From positions 56,296,001 through 56,360,000 of the forward strand of contig OX597828.1 of NCBI GenBank assembly GCA_951406725.2: 64,000 bases of DNA, given 5' to 3'. A program made the translations under genes and the position numbers. Positions 14,002 through 27,595 of the stretch are shown one piece after another. Each line of letters begins with the position of its first letter. Position 1 is the first letter of the stretch. The notes beneath the pieces were generated by a model. The model ran no database searches and was not told where the DNA came from. It saw only the letters and a program-made list of their open reading frames with translations. Source of the stretch: Octopus vulgaris (taxonomy: Eukaryota).

Positions 14002-16264
14002 ACACATATATGCACATACAGAATGCAGGACTTAAAACTAAATCCTGGTATCACTGTTCAACGAAACACTTCAAAGTGGAGATCCAGTATGATCAGAGTC
14101 CTGTGATTGAAACACGTAACAGATAAAAAAAAGTGATGCGACAGATAAATGAAGGTTCCTAATATAAATTAAGAGCGGAGGTTTGGTTTTAAAATTTGTC
14201 TATTTCAGTGCGTTATCTCGTACTTAGAAAAATTATTTTAAATATTTTAACTTGAAATAATCGGTGCATCTACAAATAATATGCATAAGTACATGCATTT
14301 AATCGTTCGTTGGAAAACATTCGTTGCTGCAACTGTCTCAGAAAAGTAATATTTTCTGTTAGAGGATGTGTGAAAATACACCTACTGCGCTATGCATGAT
14401 GTCATTGAAATGTTGAATACGTGTTTCTGCATTGTTACACTTCATCAGTTACACACAGGAAAATCCTCGTTCATAGCCTCATAAAATCTGCCTTTCAGAT
14501 TTTTTAAAGAGCAAATAATAAAATATGTATCGTATGCACATCTTTGTCACACTGCGATTAATTAATTAAATGTTCACTATGCAGAAATAATTACAAGAAA
14601 ACAGCGTACATTTATGTTGAAATTATATGTGTACAATAAAAAATTGAAAGAATTTTACTGCGTTAACTCTCTGTGAAAACATATTGTACTTAGCGATAAT
14701 GTATTTGAAAGCACACAGAGCTGGTTTATGAATGGCGTCTACGGACAGTAATGGATGTGTTTCTGCATCGTTATGCCTAATCCTTCACAAACACATAGTT
14801 AATTGATCATAGCATATTAAAAATAAAGCAACTGCTGTTCTAATGTGCTTAGATTATATGTGTACAATGCAAGGTTGATAAATGGGCGTGATCAGGAACT
14901 GGGTAGACAATTACATTTCTAAATTTGCATATATAATATTTGAATGCACCATGTAAGAATATCCACTTGATTTTCTTCCAACGGATTTCGGAATGATATT
15001 AAAGTATATGGAAAAGGACACAATCATAAAGGACACGATCAGAAAATGTAATTTCTTATCCTTTTCGTCAGTTAGGCTGCGTAAAATACAATATTTAAGC
15101 AGTGCCTTATCAATATTCTCTATTTTAAAACCAAAAGTAATATCACAATACAAATGTAGTATTTACTGACAGCTATTATTATTACTGGAGGGTAAAGTAG
15201 ATTTTAAAACATTCTTATTTTCTAATAGGCAAATAGAATCATTAAATATCACTCAGAGGATATATTCAAATCAATGTTACTGGATTCTGCAATCTAAATA
15301 CACTTCGTATTATATCTGGTAATAATATTGTATAGTTAAAACAAAGTATTTACTCAAGCAGAAAATATTAACCTTTAACATTGCATAACAGGCTTCTAGC
15401 CTAGCACTAAGATTTCCGACTACTTTGCAACTGGAAATATTTTGTGTTTTTAAATATATTTAATATATTTCCAGTTGTTTATTGGTATTTGTCACGCCCA
15501 CTTGGAATAATTTCTTTCGATCCATCAAAATGATAATCTATCTGTATAAAAAGAAACAAATCACTTATATATTCTATTTTCCCTCTTCTGTTAAACTGGT
15601 GATGTCAAATGAGTTTGATTGATGGATCACATTTTCCATTATGATTTTTCTTTGGAAATTGTGTCCTTTCTAAGCTGCCGAGTATACAATTTCAGAAATG
15701 CTGAAATGCCAGACCAAATGAAGCTTACTGTCGGAATGGAACGTAAAGCTTCGTTTATTTCATAATATTATATTGTTACGGTATTTCTTTTTAATATTCT
15801 TCATACAAGGAGGTTTACGAAGTATCTTGGGGAAGCTAACCTACAACAGAATAACTAAAGCTGAGATAAGATGCAACAATAATTTTAGTAGAAGAATACA
15901 TCAATAGCAAAACACAGATGATTGAAAAATAGGAAGGCACAAGTGCTTACCTAATATCTAATATCGATTTTTCCTTGAAGAGTTTGTAAGCAATATGTTT
16001 CGTCGGACCCGTCATATTGCTGTGAATCACTAATCTATATACCACAAATATAACGTACGATAAAGAAACAATACAACTAAAGATATATGTCAGTTGATAT
16101 GAACTTAAAAAGTAGGATCAACTTTCAAGCCACAGTATTTGTCATCTTACTAAATTGTCCTTCCACAGGTCGAAAAAGGTCATCTCTCGAAACTATTCTT
16201 CCGACTCCAATGGTAAATTAGATGCCAACAATATACAGGCATGGAATCTCTCTAAAAATGGCTT

Positions 16265-16411
16265 TATTATTATTATTAGTAGTAGTAGTATCAGTTACGC
16301 ACTGGGGTCGATGTAATCGATTTAATCCCTTTGTCTGTCCTTGTTTGTCTCCTCTGTGTTTAGCCCCTTGTGGGTAGTAAAAAAATATATTATTATTATT
16401 ATTATTATTAT

Positions 16412-16490
<79 letters not shown>

Positions 16491-16535
16491 GGTAGTAGCA
16501 GCAGTAGCAGCAGCTGTAGCAGCTGTAGCAGCTGT

Positions 16536-16619
<84 letters not shown>

Positions 16620-16638
16620 TGTAGTAGTAGCAGCAGCA
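16265..16638. repeat. compound trinucleotide microsatellite (ATT/AGT/GGT/AGC) with a short SINE remnant
   Basis: Direct reading. CACTGGGGTCGATGTAATCGA at ~16300 matches the SINE family at 25788. Confidence 0.9.
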
Positions 16639-16869
16639 TTATATATACATAAGGCGGGCTTACAAAAACGTCGGAAGTATTTCTTTTGGTTTTACGTTCT
16701 GATTTCGACTCCACTGATTTTGCCTTTCATTATTTCGGGATTGATAACATAATTACCAATTCGATATACCCCACATTAAAAACCCAGCTCTTTCCGAAGA
16801 ATCATTTAATCTATCTATCTATCTGTCTGTCTGTCTGTTTGTCTATCTCTCTCTCTCTCTCTCGCTCTC

Positions 16870-16934
<65 letters not shown>

Positions 16935-18702
16935 CAGAGACAACAGGCATTTTTAAAAACAAGTAACAGTCTTCCACCTGGTTTTCGAAACCGCATCTCC
17001 AAATCACCAAGCATTAACACCATAAAACACATCAGTTACCGATGTCACATATCTCTAGACCAATGAAATTTTACAAACGCCAGTTTCTGACGTCACCTAT
17101 CTCTAGACCAATAAATTTTACCTCCGATCAAAACCAAATACAACATGATTACCCACCCTTTAAGTGAATCGAACAACTGGAATGGATGATGACCGTTCCT
17201 CATGGGGAAAGGAACCAGGCCAAGCGACAAACTTCACCACAAGAAAATCAAGACGTCACCAGTACTCTAACGAATCAAAAATCAGATCCACTGGCGGAAA
17301 AGAAAAATTATGAATACACAGGGTTCTAATACACACCGTTACAAGCGAAATATCATCCAGGCAACGGAAAGACAATCAGAGAAATTGTAAACCAAATCCC
17401 CTTTTTTACTATCTTCATTTCTCCTGTTTTTCTCCCGCTTAATTCAATATGACTGAATCTTTGAAGATATCTATTTCCTTTCGATCACCCCTAACACTTA
17501 TGAACTTTGTACATTTAAACATGTTCATGCACAGATTTTATATTGGTAAATATTACGAACATCTAAACTTGTCAACATTGAAACTTTTAACGTTTTTCTT
17601 TTTTTTTATTATTTTTTTCTTTGTAAGAAAGCCAAGGAATGTCTACGGCATCTCATACTCTTAGCTTAGACATTTTGGAGGAAAAGCAGATCGAACTCAC
17701 TCACGTGTACCTGCTCCAAATAGTAATGGAATCTGGTATTTTGGCTGAAGAAAGAAGGCCATGAATGAACCGAACTTTTTCTCCCATCTGTCGTTCTAAT
17801 TGTTGTTTCTCCTGTCCGAATGTTTTATTGTCCTCTATTGCCTTTTTACATCATTAAAACATTTTATATAAAATATATTATGTTCTATAGTATTTGATTC
17901 TGTAATATTGTATTTTATTATATCATTTCTCAGGAGGAGAAATAATGATGCAAAAACCGCTGTTCGTCTTCCTCCCAGCTTGATATTTGAGTATAACTTT
18001 TTTGTTTGTGAATTTGCCCATCAGTTTCGTTTTGGAGAATGAAATTTTTAATTGCGTAACTAGATATTAAATAACTGTTACTGCTAATATTTACACGTAT
18101 GTAGCAACACAGAGTACACCAGAAGTAAAACTGACTTTTGAACACTACCAGCAGAAGAGTCAAATACAATACAAGAAGAGTCCCCCTTCTTGACTTCATG
18201 ATATTCATGGTTGAATTATCAATAATATATCAATATTCTCGTTTGACCACCACTGATTTTTTTTTTATTAACGTATAGATATAAGGTGATAGCAATTATC
18301 TGCCAATGCGCTATGGCAAAGTCGGATATTCGCAGTTTTTCTATTAAAGAAATTGATCTCTTTGTTGAACTAGTAGTGACGTATAACAAACTAAATATCG
18401 GATAAGAAGGATTTTATCTGAAGGAATTTATAGAAACAAAAGGTCTCCAATAAATTGTTTATCGTGAGTATTTACTCCAAAAGTGCACGTCGAAACGAAT
18501 GTGACAAATTACACATATATGTAGATTTTTGTGCGAATGTGTGCGACAATTGTCCAATGAGTATGGAAATGTCTGAATGTTTACTTCTGTATGTTGCTCT
18601 CTAAGCGTGTGCATGTGTGAGTGTCTGTATGTGTGAGCTTGTTTGTGTGCGATCTTGTGTGCTTTTGTGTATGTATGTGTGTGTATGTATGTATGTTGAA
18701 TG

Positions 18703-18856
18703 CAAGGGCGGACTGAGAGTATTAGGTGCGCTTGGGTATAATTATTTACCGGGCCCCTTAGCATTGATTTAATAGAGTTAGCATGTAGAGTACTGACTCC
18801 TTACACCTCCGGGCCGTCGGGTATGTCCGATTGACAGCTGCCTCAGTACTCTGCTG
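18703..18856. mobile_element. small hAT-type MITE
   Basis: Imperfect TIRs CAAGGGCGGACTGAG and CTCAGTACTCTGCTG. 8-bp TSD GTTGAATG (18695-18702) and GTTAAATG (18857-18864). Confidence 0.6.
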
Positions 18857-19005
18857 GTTAAATGTACAAAACTGCCAGAGACGTATTTGTTATCCACCTA
18901 TCTGTATTGTTGACTAAACAGCTTGAACCCCGACGTCCCCCAATTTTCAAAAGACCAAACGTTTTATAAAAATACTACCAGATGGAATTAAGAATTAAAT
19001 ATGAA

Positions 19006-19053
<48 letters not shown>

Positions 19054-19334
19054 CAACAATTGAGGGTAAAATTAATTAATTATTAATCAATTTCACCAAG
19101 TGTTCAGTATGCAAAGGGGCCATTTAAGGCGAATTCAAATTATTACATTATATAAAAGGGCTTAGTAAAATAAATTACTTTGCCGCATACTGAACTCATT
19201 AGAAATAGCAGCTAAAAAACTTTTTTTAAACTATTTCTAATACTTAAAGAAAACCTCTCTCATATAGTGTTTGCTCAACTCAACTCACGAAAGTTTGGGG
19301 TAAAGACATCAAAAAATCAAATGCAAAGGTTATT

Positions 19335-19386
19335 TGAGAACGTACGTTTCAAGATTAGTCAACACGACACTTCTATCATCAGCTCA
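19335..19386 (-). ncRNA. minimal type I hammerhead ribozyme motif, identical mirror copy
   Basis: Exact reverse complement of 19410-19461. Confidence 0.7.
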
Positions 19387-19409
19387 GAAGCTCCTTGGTT
19401 TGGAGTTTC

Positions 19410-19461
19410 TGAGCTGATGATAGAAGTGTCGTGTTGACTAATCTTGAAACGTACGTTCTCA
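19410..19461 (+). ncRNA. minimal type I hammerhead ribozyme motif
   Basis: TGAG CTGATGA [TAGAAGTGTC GTGTT GACTAATCTT] GAAA CGTACG TT CTCA. Stem III is the palindrome AACGTACGTT, the triplet is GTT, and stem II has a U-U opposition at its base. Confidence 0.7.
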
Positions 19462-19639
19462 AATAACCTTTGCATTTGATTTTTTGATGTCTTTACCCCC
19501 AAACTTTCGTGAGTTGAGTTGAGCAAACACTATATGAGAGAGGTTTTCTTTAAGTATTAGAAATAGTTTAAAAAAAGTTTTTTAGCTGCTATTTCTAATG
19601 AGTTCAGTATGCGGCAAAGTAATTTATTTTACTAAGCCC

Positions 19640-19744
<105 letters not shown>

Positions 19745-19893
19745 CAGTCCTAGCTATGAGGTAAGAAACTTGCTTCCCAACCACATGGTTCCAGGTTCAT
19801 TCCAACTGCGGGGCAATTCGAGCAATTCTTCTATCTTCTCGGGCCGATCAAAGCAGTGTGAGAGGATCTGATAGCGGAAAACTGAAAGAAGTC

Positions 19894-19951
<58 letters not shown>

Positions 19952-19953
19952 AT

Positions 19954-19996
<43 letters not shown>

Positions 19997-22733
19997 GAGA
20001 GAACTATATACATACACGCATATTCCGATAAATATATATAATATATTATGTTCTATGCCATTCGATTTTATAATAAAATATTATATTATAATTTCTCAGC
20101 AGGAGAAATACTGGTGCAGAAACCGCTGTGCGTCTTCTTTCCAGTTAGATATTTAGAATATATCTTTTTTTGTTTGTGAATTTGTCCGCCAGTTTCGTTT
20201 TGGGGAATGAAATATTCCATTCAAATTGATGAATATTGTTTAATTCATTCATTGTTTGTGTAACTGGTAAAGAAATAACTGTTACTGCTAGTATTTACAC
20301 ATCTCTAGGATCGCGGGATACACCAGAAGTAAATCTGATTTTTGAACCCTACCAGCAGAAATGTCAAATACAATACAAGAACAGTTCTCTGTCTTGACCT
20401 CATGACACTCAGGGTCGAATTATCAATAATAAATCAATACTCTCGCTTGTCCACCACTGATATTTTGTTAACGCATAGATATAATTTGATAGTAGTTATC
20501 TGCCAATGCGCTAAAGCATTGGATATTTGCATTATTTGTCTATTTAAAACATTGATCTCTTTGTTGGACCGGCCTGCATTGACGTACACCAAAGTAAATA
20601 TCGGAAATAGAAGAATTTATAGAAAAATGTTTTTCAATTATTCGTTTATCTTGAGGATTTCCTCTTAAAGTGCCGATGGAAAAAAATATGACAAATTACA
20701 CATATATTTATAGAGATTCTTGTGCAAGTGTGTACGACAATTTTCGTCAGAGTGTGTAACTACATTAATAAGTGTGTAAATGTCTGAATGTTTACTCTTG
20801 TATTAGGATCTCTATATGTATTAGGATCTCATTTGTGTATGTGTGTGTGTGCATGTGTGTGTTAGTGTGTGTCCGTGTGTTTCTCTGTTCCTACATTCAA
20901 ACGTGTTGTGCTGCAGGGATTGTAACCTATCAAGTGCAAAAATTACATCTGACTTCGAACTTCAGAGCATAATGTTTGATGTCAGTTATGTTCCCTGTTT
21001 TGACAAGCAGCGTTTGCCTTCTAGGTTTTTTCGAATATACTGAGTTGAAATAGCAACCTACCATTATTCATGCGAAACCATGGGCAAAATGTGTTTTGTC
21101 TTACAGTTCATATAATCAGAGAGTAAACACGCAAGAAAGCAATATTTAATAAAAGCGAAATATAATTGGAGGGAATTTATTATTGTTTTGGAAATGTGCA
21201 ATATCCATTCTTCTCTCTGTTTTTCTCTCTCGCATTTATATATGCGTGGGGATTTGCGTATGTGTGTGTGTGGGGTGGTGTTTGTATGTGACAGCAGTCA
21301 ATTTCCGTGAATGAACGTGCAAGGGATTTAGTTGAATGCTGCATGAGCAATGACTTAATAACTCTTCTTAGCAATGCAAAAATCCCGGCCCATTAGAACA
21401 GCGGGTTTATTTGTATACTATTTAGCCCTCTCCAAAAACGTTTCCATGTCGACGCAAAATTCAATCAAACCACGTTACTCATTTTTTGTAGGTTTTGGTC
21501 TTCTTCAACACAAACCAGAGTATTTCTACATCCCAAAGTATATATGCAATATATTATGCGCAATTCTATTCTATTCTATAATATTGTATTATATTATGTC
21601 ATTTCTCAGCAGGAGAAATACTAGTGCAGAAACCGCTGTGCATCTTCCTCCCTGGTCGATATTTAGAATATATCGTTTTTGTTTGAGAAAAAAAGTTTCG
21701 TTTGGGAAAAAGAAATATTCCATTCAAATTTATGAATATTTTGTAATTACTTAACTGCAAGTTAAATAACTGGGTACACCAGAAGTAAAACTGGCTTTTG
21801 AACACTACCAGTAGAAGAGTCAAATACAATACAAGAAGAGCTCCCCTTCTTGACCTCATCATACTCAGGGTTGAATTATCAATATTCTCGTTTGTCCACC
21901 ACTAGCTTTATATTAACGCATAGATATTTGGTGAATGCAGTTATCTACCAATGCATTATAGTAGAGTTGGTTATTGGCAGTTTTTTTTTCTATTTAAAAC
22001 ATTGATCTCTTTGTTGAACTTGCATTGGCATATAAGAAACTAAGTATCGGATAAGAAGGATTTTTATCTGAAAGAATTTATAGAAAATATATTTTTAGAT
22101 TTTCATTTATCGTCAGGATTTACTCTAAAAGTGCAGATCGAAAAAGAATATCACAAATTAGACATATATTTATGTAGATTTTCGTGCGAGTGTGTGGACA
22201 CTTTCGTCTGCGTGTGTGTATCTGCATCAATAAGTACGTAAACGTATGAATGCTTGCTTCTGCATATGTTTCTATGTGCGTATATATGTGTATGCGTGTG
22301 TGCGTGCATACATGTGTGTATGTGTGTGTACATGCGTGATTGCATGTGTGTGTATGCGTGTACCTTTGCTCAAACACATTGTGCTTCAGGGATTGTAACT
22401 TATCAAATGCAAAAATGACATCTGAATTCGAATCTCCGTGCATAATATTTTATGCCAGTTCTTTTCAATGCATTGACATGCATCGTTTGCCTTCTAGGTT
22501 TATTCGAGCATTTAATTCCTGTTTCTGGATAATGACCTGTTGATTTTGAATATCCTATGTTGAAAACGCCCCCCTCATTATTCATGTGAATCTCTGGGCA
22601 AAGTGTGTTGATCTTACATTTCCTATAATCTGTCAGTAAACGGAAGAGAACAATATTTAATATACACGAAGTATTCTTGGGGGGTGGGATTTATTACTGC
22701 TTTGGAAATGTGCAATATACATTACTCTCTCTA

Positions 22734-22784
<51 letters not shown>

Positions 22785-22785
<1 letters not shown>

Positions 22786-23751
22786 CAGGTCATCCCATAA
22801 GTTCAGTCCGAATTTTGAATAAAGAAAACAAGAGATCAAATGGTCTATTTAATTGATAAATGTTAAATTTAATCATCAATATGCATTTCCTGATCATGTA
22901 TGACTTCCTTCCATCTATTTACAAGCTTTTTACTGCCATCAATGTAAACCTCTTTTGAATTCAAAGCGAAGAACTCTGAAATGTCAGTGTCGACCTCCTC
23001 CTGGCTTGCGAAAGTTATGTCCCCCAAATGATTCTGGAAACTACGAAACAAATGGTAGTCTGAAGGAGCATAGCTAGGAGAATAAGGTGCATAAGGAATA
23101 TTTTTCCTAACCAAGCTCTTCGAACTTCTGTGATGTGATCGTTGCAGTGTGGGGGTTGCGCATTGTCCTTGATGAAACATCACTCTTTTCGACTCACTAA
23201 AACGTTTTTTTTTACTTCAAACCTTGGTTCAAACACTCTAATTGCTGACAGTAGACTTGGGCATTGATTGTTACATTAGCTGCTAACAATTCAAAGTGAG
23301 GTACTCCTTTGCTGTCCCACTAGATAGAAAGAAGTGCCTTTTTTTCCATGACGATTTATTCTCGGTTGTGGCTGAGCTTTTTCCCTTTTAACAAGCGACT
23401 GTTTACGACGTTTAACATTTCGATAGAAGATCCATTTTTCGTCAATAGTCACAAGTCTATCCGAAAAGAGCGAAATGCTTTCGCAAGAATGGAGAGAAGA
23501 GCAGATGTCAACTCGAGATTTGCGGTTGCTTTCGGACAATTCATGAGGCACCCATTTTCCAATTTAGGTATCTTTCCAAGTTGTTCAAGATGACAATGAA
23601 CAGTTGTATGGTTTGAACTAAGCTTTGCTGCCAATTCTTTAACTGATTCATCAAACATAACCAGACGTCCTGTTCGATCTTCACCTTCAAGGCTGAATAC
23701 TGCAAACCATATTCTGCTAGTTCTTTCATTCAAGCATTCTTCCCATAAACT
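22785..23751 (-). mobile_element. mariner element with right TIR, same family as 8248-9232
   Basis: TIR GCAGGTCATCCCATAAG next to TA. ORFs give MPHELSESNRKSRVDIC, LVTIDEKWIFY and PYSPSYAPSDYHLFRS. Confidence 0.9.
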
Positions 23752-24989
23752 TTTTTTAATACAGTATATTTTATTCGCACAAGGATTGAAAAGTGATTAG
23801 GGTATGAAGTAGCTTCTATTATTGGAAAACCAATACTATCTAAAAGATATGATCTATTTAATATACTGAAACTGTCTACCAGAATATGTAAAATCAGTTG
23901 CATGTTTTAGCTAATGTTATTGAATAGTTTTAAAATAAAATAAAAGAAACAATAGTTGTATTTTAACGATGATATGCGTTAACATGATTGGAATAGTTGT
24001 TGAGGCAAAATATGTACATCTCGTTCTTGAGACATTATAATTGCAGTATTTCCTTGGGCAGAATTTATCTCTTAATAATGTCCTCCTACTCTTAATGATT
24101 CTCTTGCTGTTTCGTCTCATAAACCATCATAAAACTATTTTCAATTCTTTCCTTATCAATCCATTGTATTATAGCTAATGGGTGGTAACTGACTGAAAAG
24201 AAAATAAATTATATTTCTTTTTTTTCTTTCATATTGTTTCACTATTGTCTCAACTATCTTCACACTGATCGCAGCGAGTAAATGACGGAAGTATGTTGAG
24301 AGAAAATTAGAAAAAGAAAAATTTACGCAAAATATATCTCGTTATTGGTTTTGTATATAGTCTGTCAACATGAGCCATATTTTGTTTCATAGATATAATT
24401 TTATAGATATAATTGAAAGCACATTGAATGAAATTTAATAATATTTTGGTGGTGGCGCCAAAAGAATATATACTAAATCCTAGATATGACGATTACTTTG
24501 CAACATATTATTTCTGTATGTAGTTAATTAGAAAAAAACCCCCCAAAACATTGGTCTTGTTAAATATGGAGTGGCAAGTGGCAATGTTCCCAAATAAGAG
24601 AACTGTTCTTATGGGATACAACAGCTGTGAGTAAATATACTCATTTATTGCCGTTTTACTCATGAGTATCAAATCAACATTTATCATATGCAGTTTACCT
24701 GTAACCACTTCAGTGAACGTTCCACTTTTAATACCTAGTGTATATATGCACGTGTGTGTGAAGGTGAGTGTGTGTGCGTGCGTGCGTGTGCCTGTGTGTG
24801 GGTGTGTGCGTGCTAGAATTAGCAGGTAGATCGATGACATACAAACTCATCTCTTACCATCTCTCTCTCTTTCTTTCTTTCTTTGTTTCTTTCCTTCTGT
24901 ATAACCACTGTTTTCTTGTGTCATCTCTTCTTACACACACATACACACATAAAAGGTGACCTATTTCTGAGATCATGTGCGAAAACAAA

Positions 24990-25490
24990 AACAATTGCTA
25001 TCACTGTTCCTTTCCTGTGGTTTATTAGAGATTTCACCTGTTTCCTGCCACGAGATTAGTTTTATAAGTAGAAGCTGTATTCTGATTGTTTCCTGTGCTG
25101 CTGTTTTGCAATGCCCGTCTTTTGATACCTTCGAGCCCTACTTTTGTGATCCAACGATTTTTTCTTATTGCTCTAGCGTGATCACATAATCACTGGTCCC
25201 TGAGTTGAAACAATCCGCTTTCTCTCCATTGATCATACATGCGTTGACCGTATCCCCTATGATTAACATCATTTTCATCTACGGAGTTGATCGGGTAGTA
25301 ACACTCCATGGCCACAAATTTAACTTGTTGTTGCCATCTATGGCATGTGCGCTGGTCCCTTGCTGCATAACGACAGCCTGGTGTCGAACTTGTATCTCTA
25401 AGCCTGCCGGGTGTAACACTGTCACCATCGAGGGATTCAGTATCATTACCACTGTTATTCACAATATTTTGTTTATTCATTGTCACTCAG
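24990..25490 (-). mobile_element. R4/Dong-like non-LTR element, N-terminal fragment
   Basis: RW...AMECYY...GYGQRMYDQW...DQ*LCDHARAIRKNRWITKVGLEGIKR resembles the N-terminal block of R4/Dong ORFs. Confidence 0.6.
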
Positions 25491-25787
25491 ATGAGGTAGC
25501 GATTACCAAATTGCGCAAATGATAAAAAATATGGAAGGAAGCGGTTGGAATCTCCCTATGCATTGATTGATAATAAATCTATTGATGGTGTCACAATAAA
25601 AACAGCGGTATCATCATCATGATCATCATCACCAAAATCATAATCATCCTCATCATCATAATCATCATCATGATCATCATCATTCTTCTGATTATTATTA
25701 TTATTATTATTATTGATGTCGTTGTTGTTGTTACTATTATTATTAGTAGTAATAGTAGTAGTAGTAAGAAGGCAGCGAGTTGACAGA

Positions 25788-26135
25788 ATCATTAGCGCGC
25801 TGGACGAAATGCTTAGTAGTATTTCTCCCGTGACTACATTCTGAGATCAAACTCCAAAGAGGTCGACTTTGCCTTTCATCATTTCGGGGTCGATAAATGA
25901 AGTACCACTAAAACACTGAGATCGATGTAATCGACTCATCCCCGCCCCCACAAAAGAAAATAGCTGACCGTGTAGCAAATTTTGAAACCGAAGGCGGTGA
26001 GCTGACAGAATCGTTACTACGCTGGACGAAATGCTGAGCGGTATTTCAACCGTTGCTACGATCTGAGTTCATATTCCGCAGGGTTCGATGTAATCGACTG
26101 CTCCCCTTCTGAAAAATTTCGGACACTGTGCCTAC
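25788..26135 (+). mobile_element. two tandem tRNA-related SINE copies
   Basis: AAGGCRGYGAGYTGACAGAATC...GACGAAATGCT...GGTCGACTTTGCCTTTCATC...GATGTAATCGACT. Other degenerate copies lie at ~26820-27010, 28040-28245, 32330-32480, 54050-54200, 54460-54660 and 62430-62570 (-). Confidence 0.75.
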
Positions 26136-26162
26136 ACTACAAAGGGTTATTATTATTATTGA

Positions 26163-26235
<73 letters not shown>

Positions 26236-26287
26236 GAGGCGGCAAGCCGGCAGAATCGTTAGGACGACGTACAGAATATCTGCCCCT

Positions 26288-26337
<50 letters not shown>

Positions 26338-27154
26338 TAACCTATTTGATTCAGGTCCATCCAATTTAGAGTTTCGTAGACTTATAGGAATCTGTCTCCT
26401 GTACACACACACACTCATGGACGTACACACACCCATAGTCACACACACACATGTCTGTATATCTGTGTGGGTGGGTGTATGTGATGTATTAATCCAGGCG
26501 TTCAATAAATTTCCTACAATTTTCCATCCCGACTCAACTATAAATGTTTTGTGAGTTCAGTATTTATTTAAGATTTATCAAGACCTTTAACTATATTCAA
26601 AGCTGATTGCATGGAAAATAAAGATTTCAAAGATATTATTTGTATTTCCTTATTGTGGTGCTCTTTGTGTCCAACGGGTAAGTCTGGGGTGTTCTTTACA
26701 CTTTCATTGGATTTCACGAATACATACTTACATGAATATAGTTTGGGAATTGGCTTAAGATTTACAATGGATATTATTGTAGGTGTGCTCATGAGAAGTT
26801 TGGCAAATAATTAGCTAAGTCTTTAATAGAGCGGACAAATGGTCAACGGATTTTCTTTCGACTTATAACATTCTAAGTTCAAACACCATAGCCGATTGTG
26901 CTGTTCATATATTCGGGTTTGTTAAAATACGTACTATATTTTGAACTTTGTATGCTGTGGCCTATTTCGGGCACCTCACAAAATTACTAGGAATGTGCCA
27001 AAATTAGAAAGAATGTAATTTCTATAGTTTACTAAAGCATGTTTATCGAAATTTGGAGAATTCAATAATTATTTCAATACCGTAATTTTTGCCGCACACC
27101 CCCACTGTGGTGTGTGTGTGTAGGGGGGGGGGGGTGCTGTTAATATTTAATTCG

Positions 27155-27595
27155 CATTTTTTGTTGAGGCTCAGTATGTATCCTCTTACGTGTGTGGCTT
27201 CAGTAATTTCTCTGAAAGTTGTGTCAGTTTTATATGGTAATATAATAGCATATTCTTTGTTATCTATCGAATCCCCTATGTTTTAGTTGAACATGTTCAT
27301 TTGAAACTGAAGAGCTTTTCTCTTCTTTGAGATCCTGCTAATGCTTATTTCTCCTCTATCTTATTGCGTGGAGTGTCCCTTTAAAGTATACCGTTTCTTC
27401 AGTGTAACACTGTACACCTTATTTTATAAACTACATTTCTGGCTTTGCAGTTTATCTGTAGGTTTATTATACAATCAGTGTATTTTGTATTGGTACAAAG
27501 GATCTTTTCAAATGGGTCTGCTCTACTGGAGAGGATGTTCACGGCGTTTCTACTAGTTTAATCTTTACAGTCATTTGAGCTACAGCTTTTCTAAA
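27155..27595 (-). mobile_element. ancient PLE GIY-YIG endonuclease remnant
   Basis: Minus strand gives KSCSSNDCKD...INCKARNVVYKIRC...FREITEATHVRGYILSLNKK, colinear with the endonuclease of the PLE at 45230-45678. Confidence 0.55.

Larger units (their letters stand above)
19158..19639. mobile_element. near-perfect 482-bp palindrome, PLE-pLTR-like fold-back element (with its extension ~19050-19643) within (TA)n
   Basis: Arms 19158-19394 and 19402-19639 enclose a 7-nt loop TTGGTTT. I see only one substitution and one 1-bp indel between the arms. Confidence 0.9.

Noticed and set aside
16322-16752. Poly-Ser, poly-Leu and poly-Val ORFs
   Set aside because: A trinucleotide microsatellite open in several frames, with no flanking coding signal.
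16930-17850. AC-skewed segment with a duplicated CCAAT-containing ~31-mer, resembling a PLE 3-prime end
   Set aside because: No convincing protein motif or ribozyme fold could be read.
17930-18208. ORF with an apparent signal anchor, MKSRRGTLLVLYLTLLLVVF (also 21599-21862)
   Set aside because: The downstream frame is not preserved among the three copies and copy B stops early, so it cannot be called a secreted-peptide gene.
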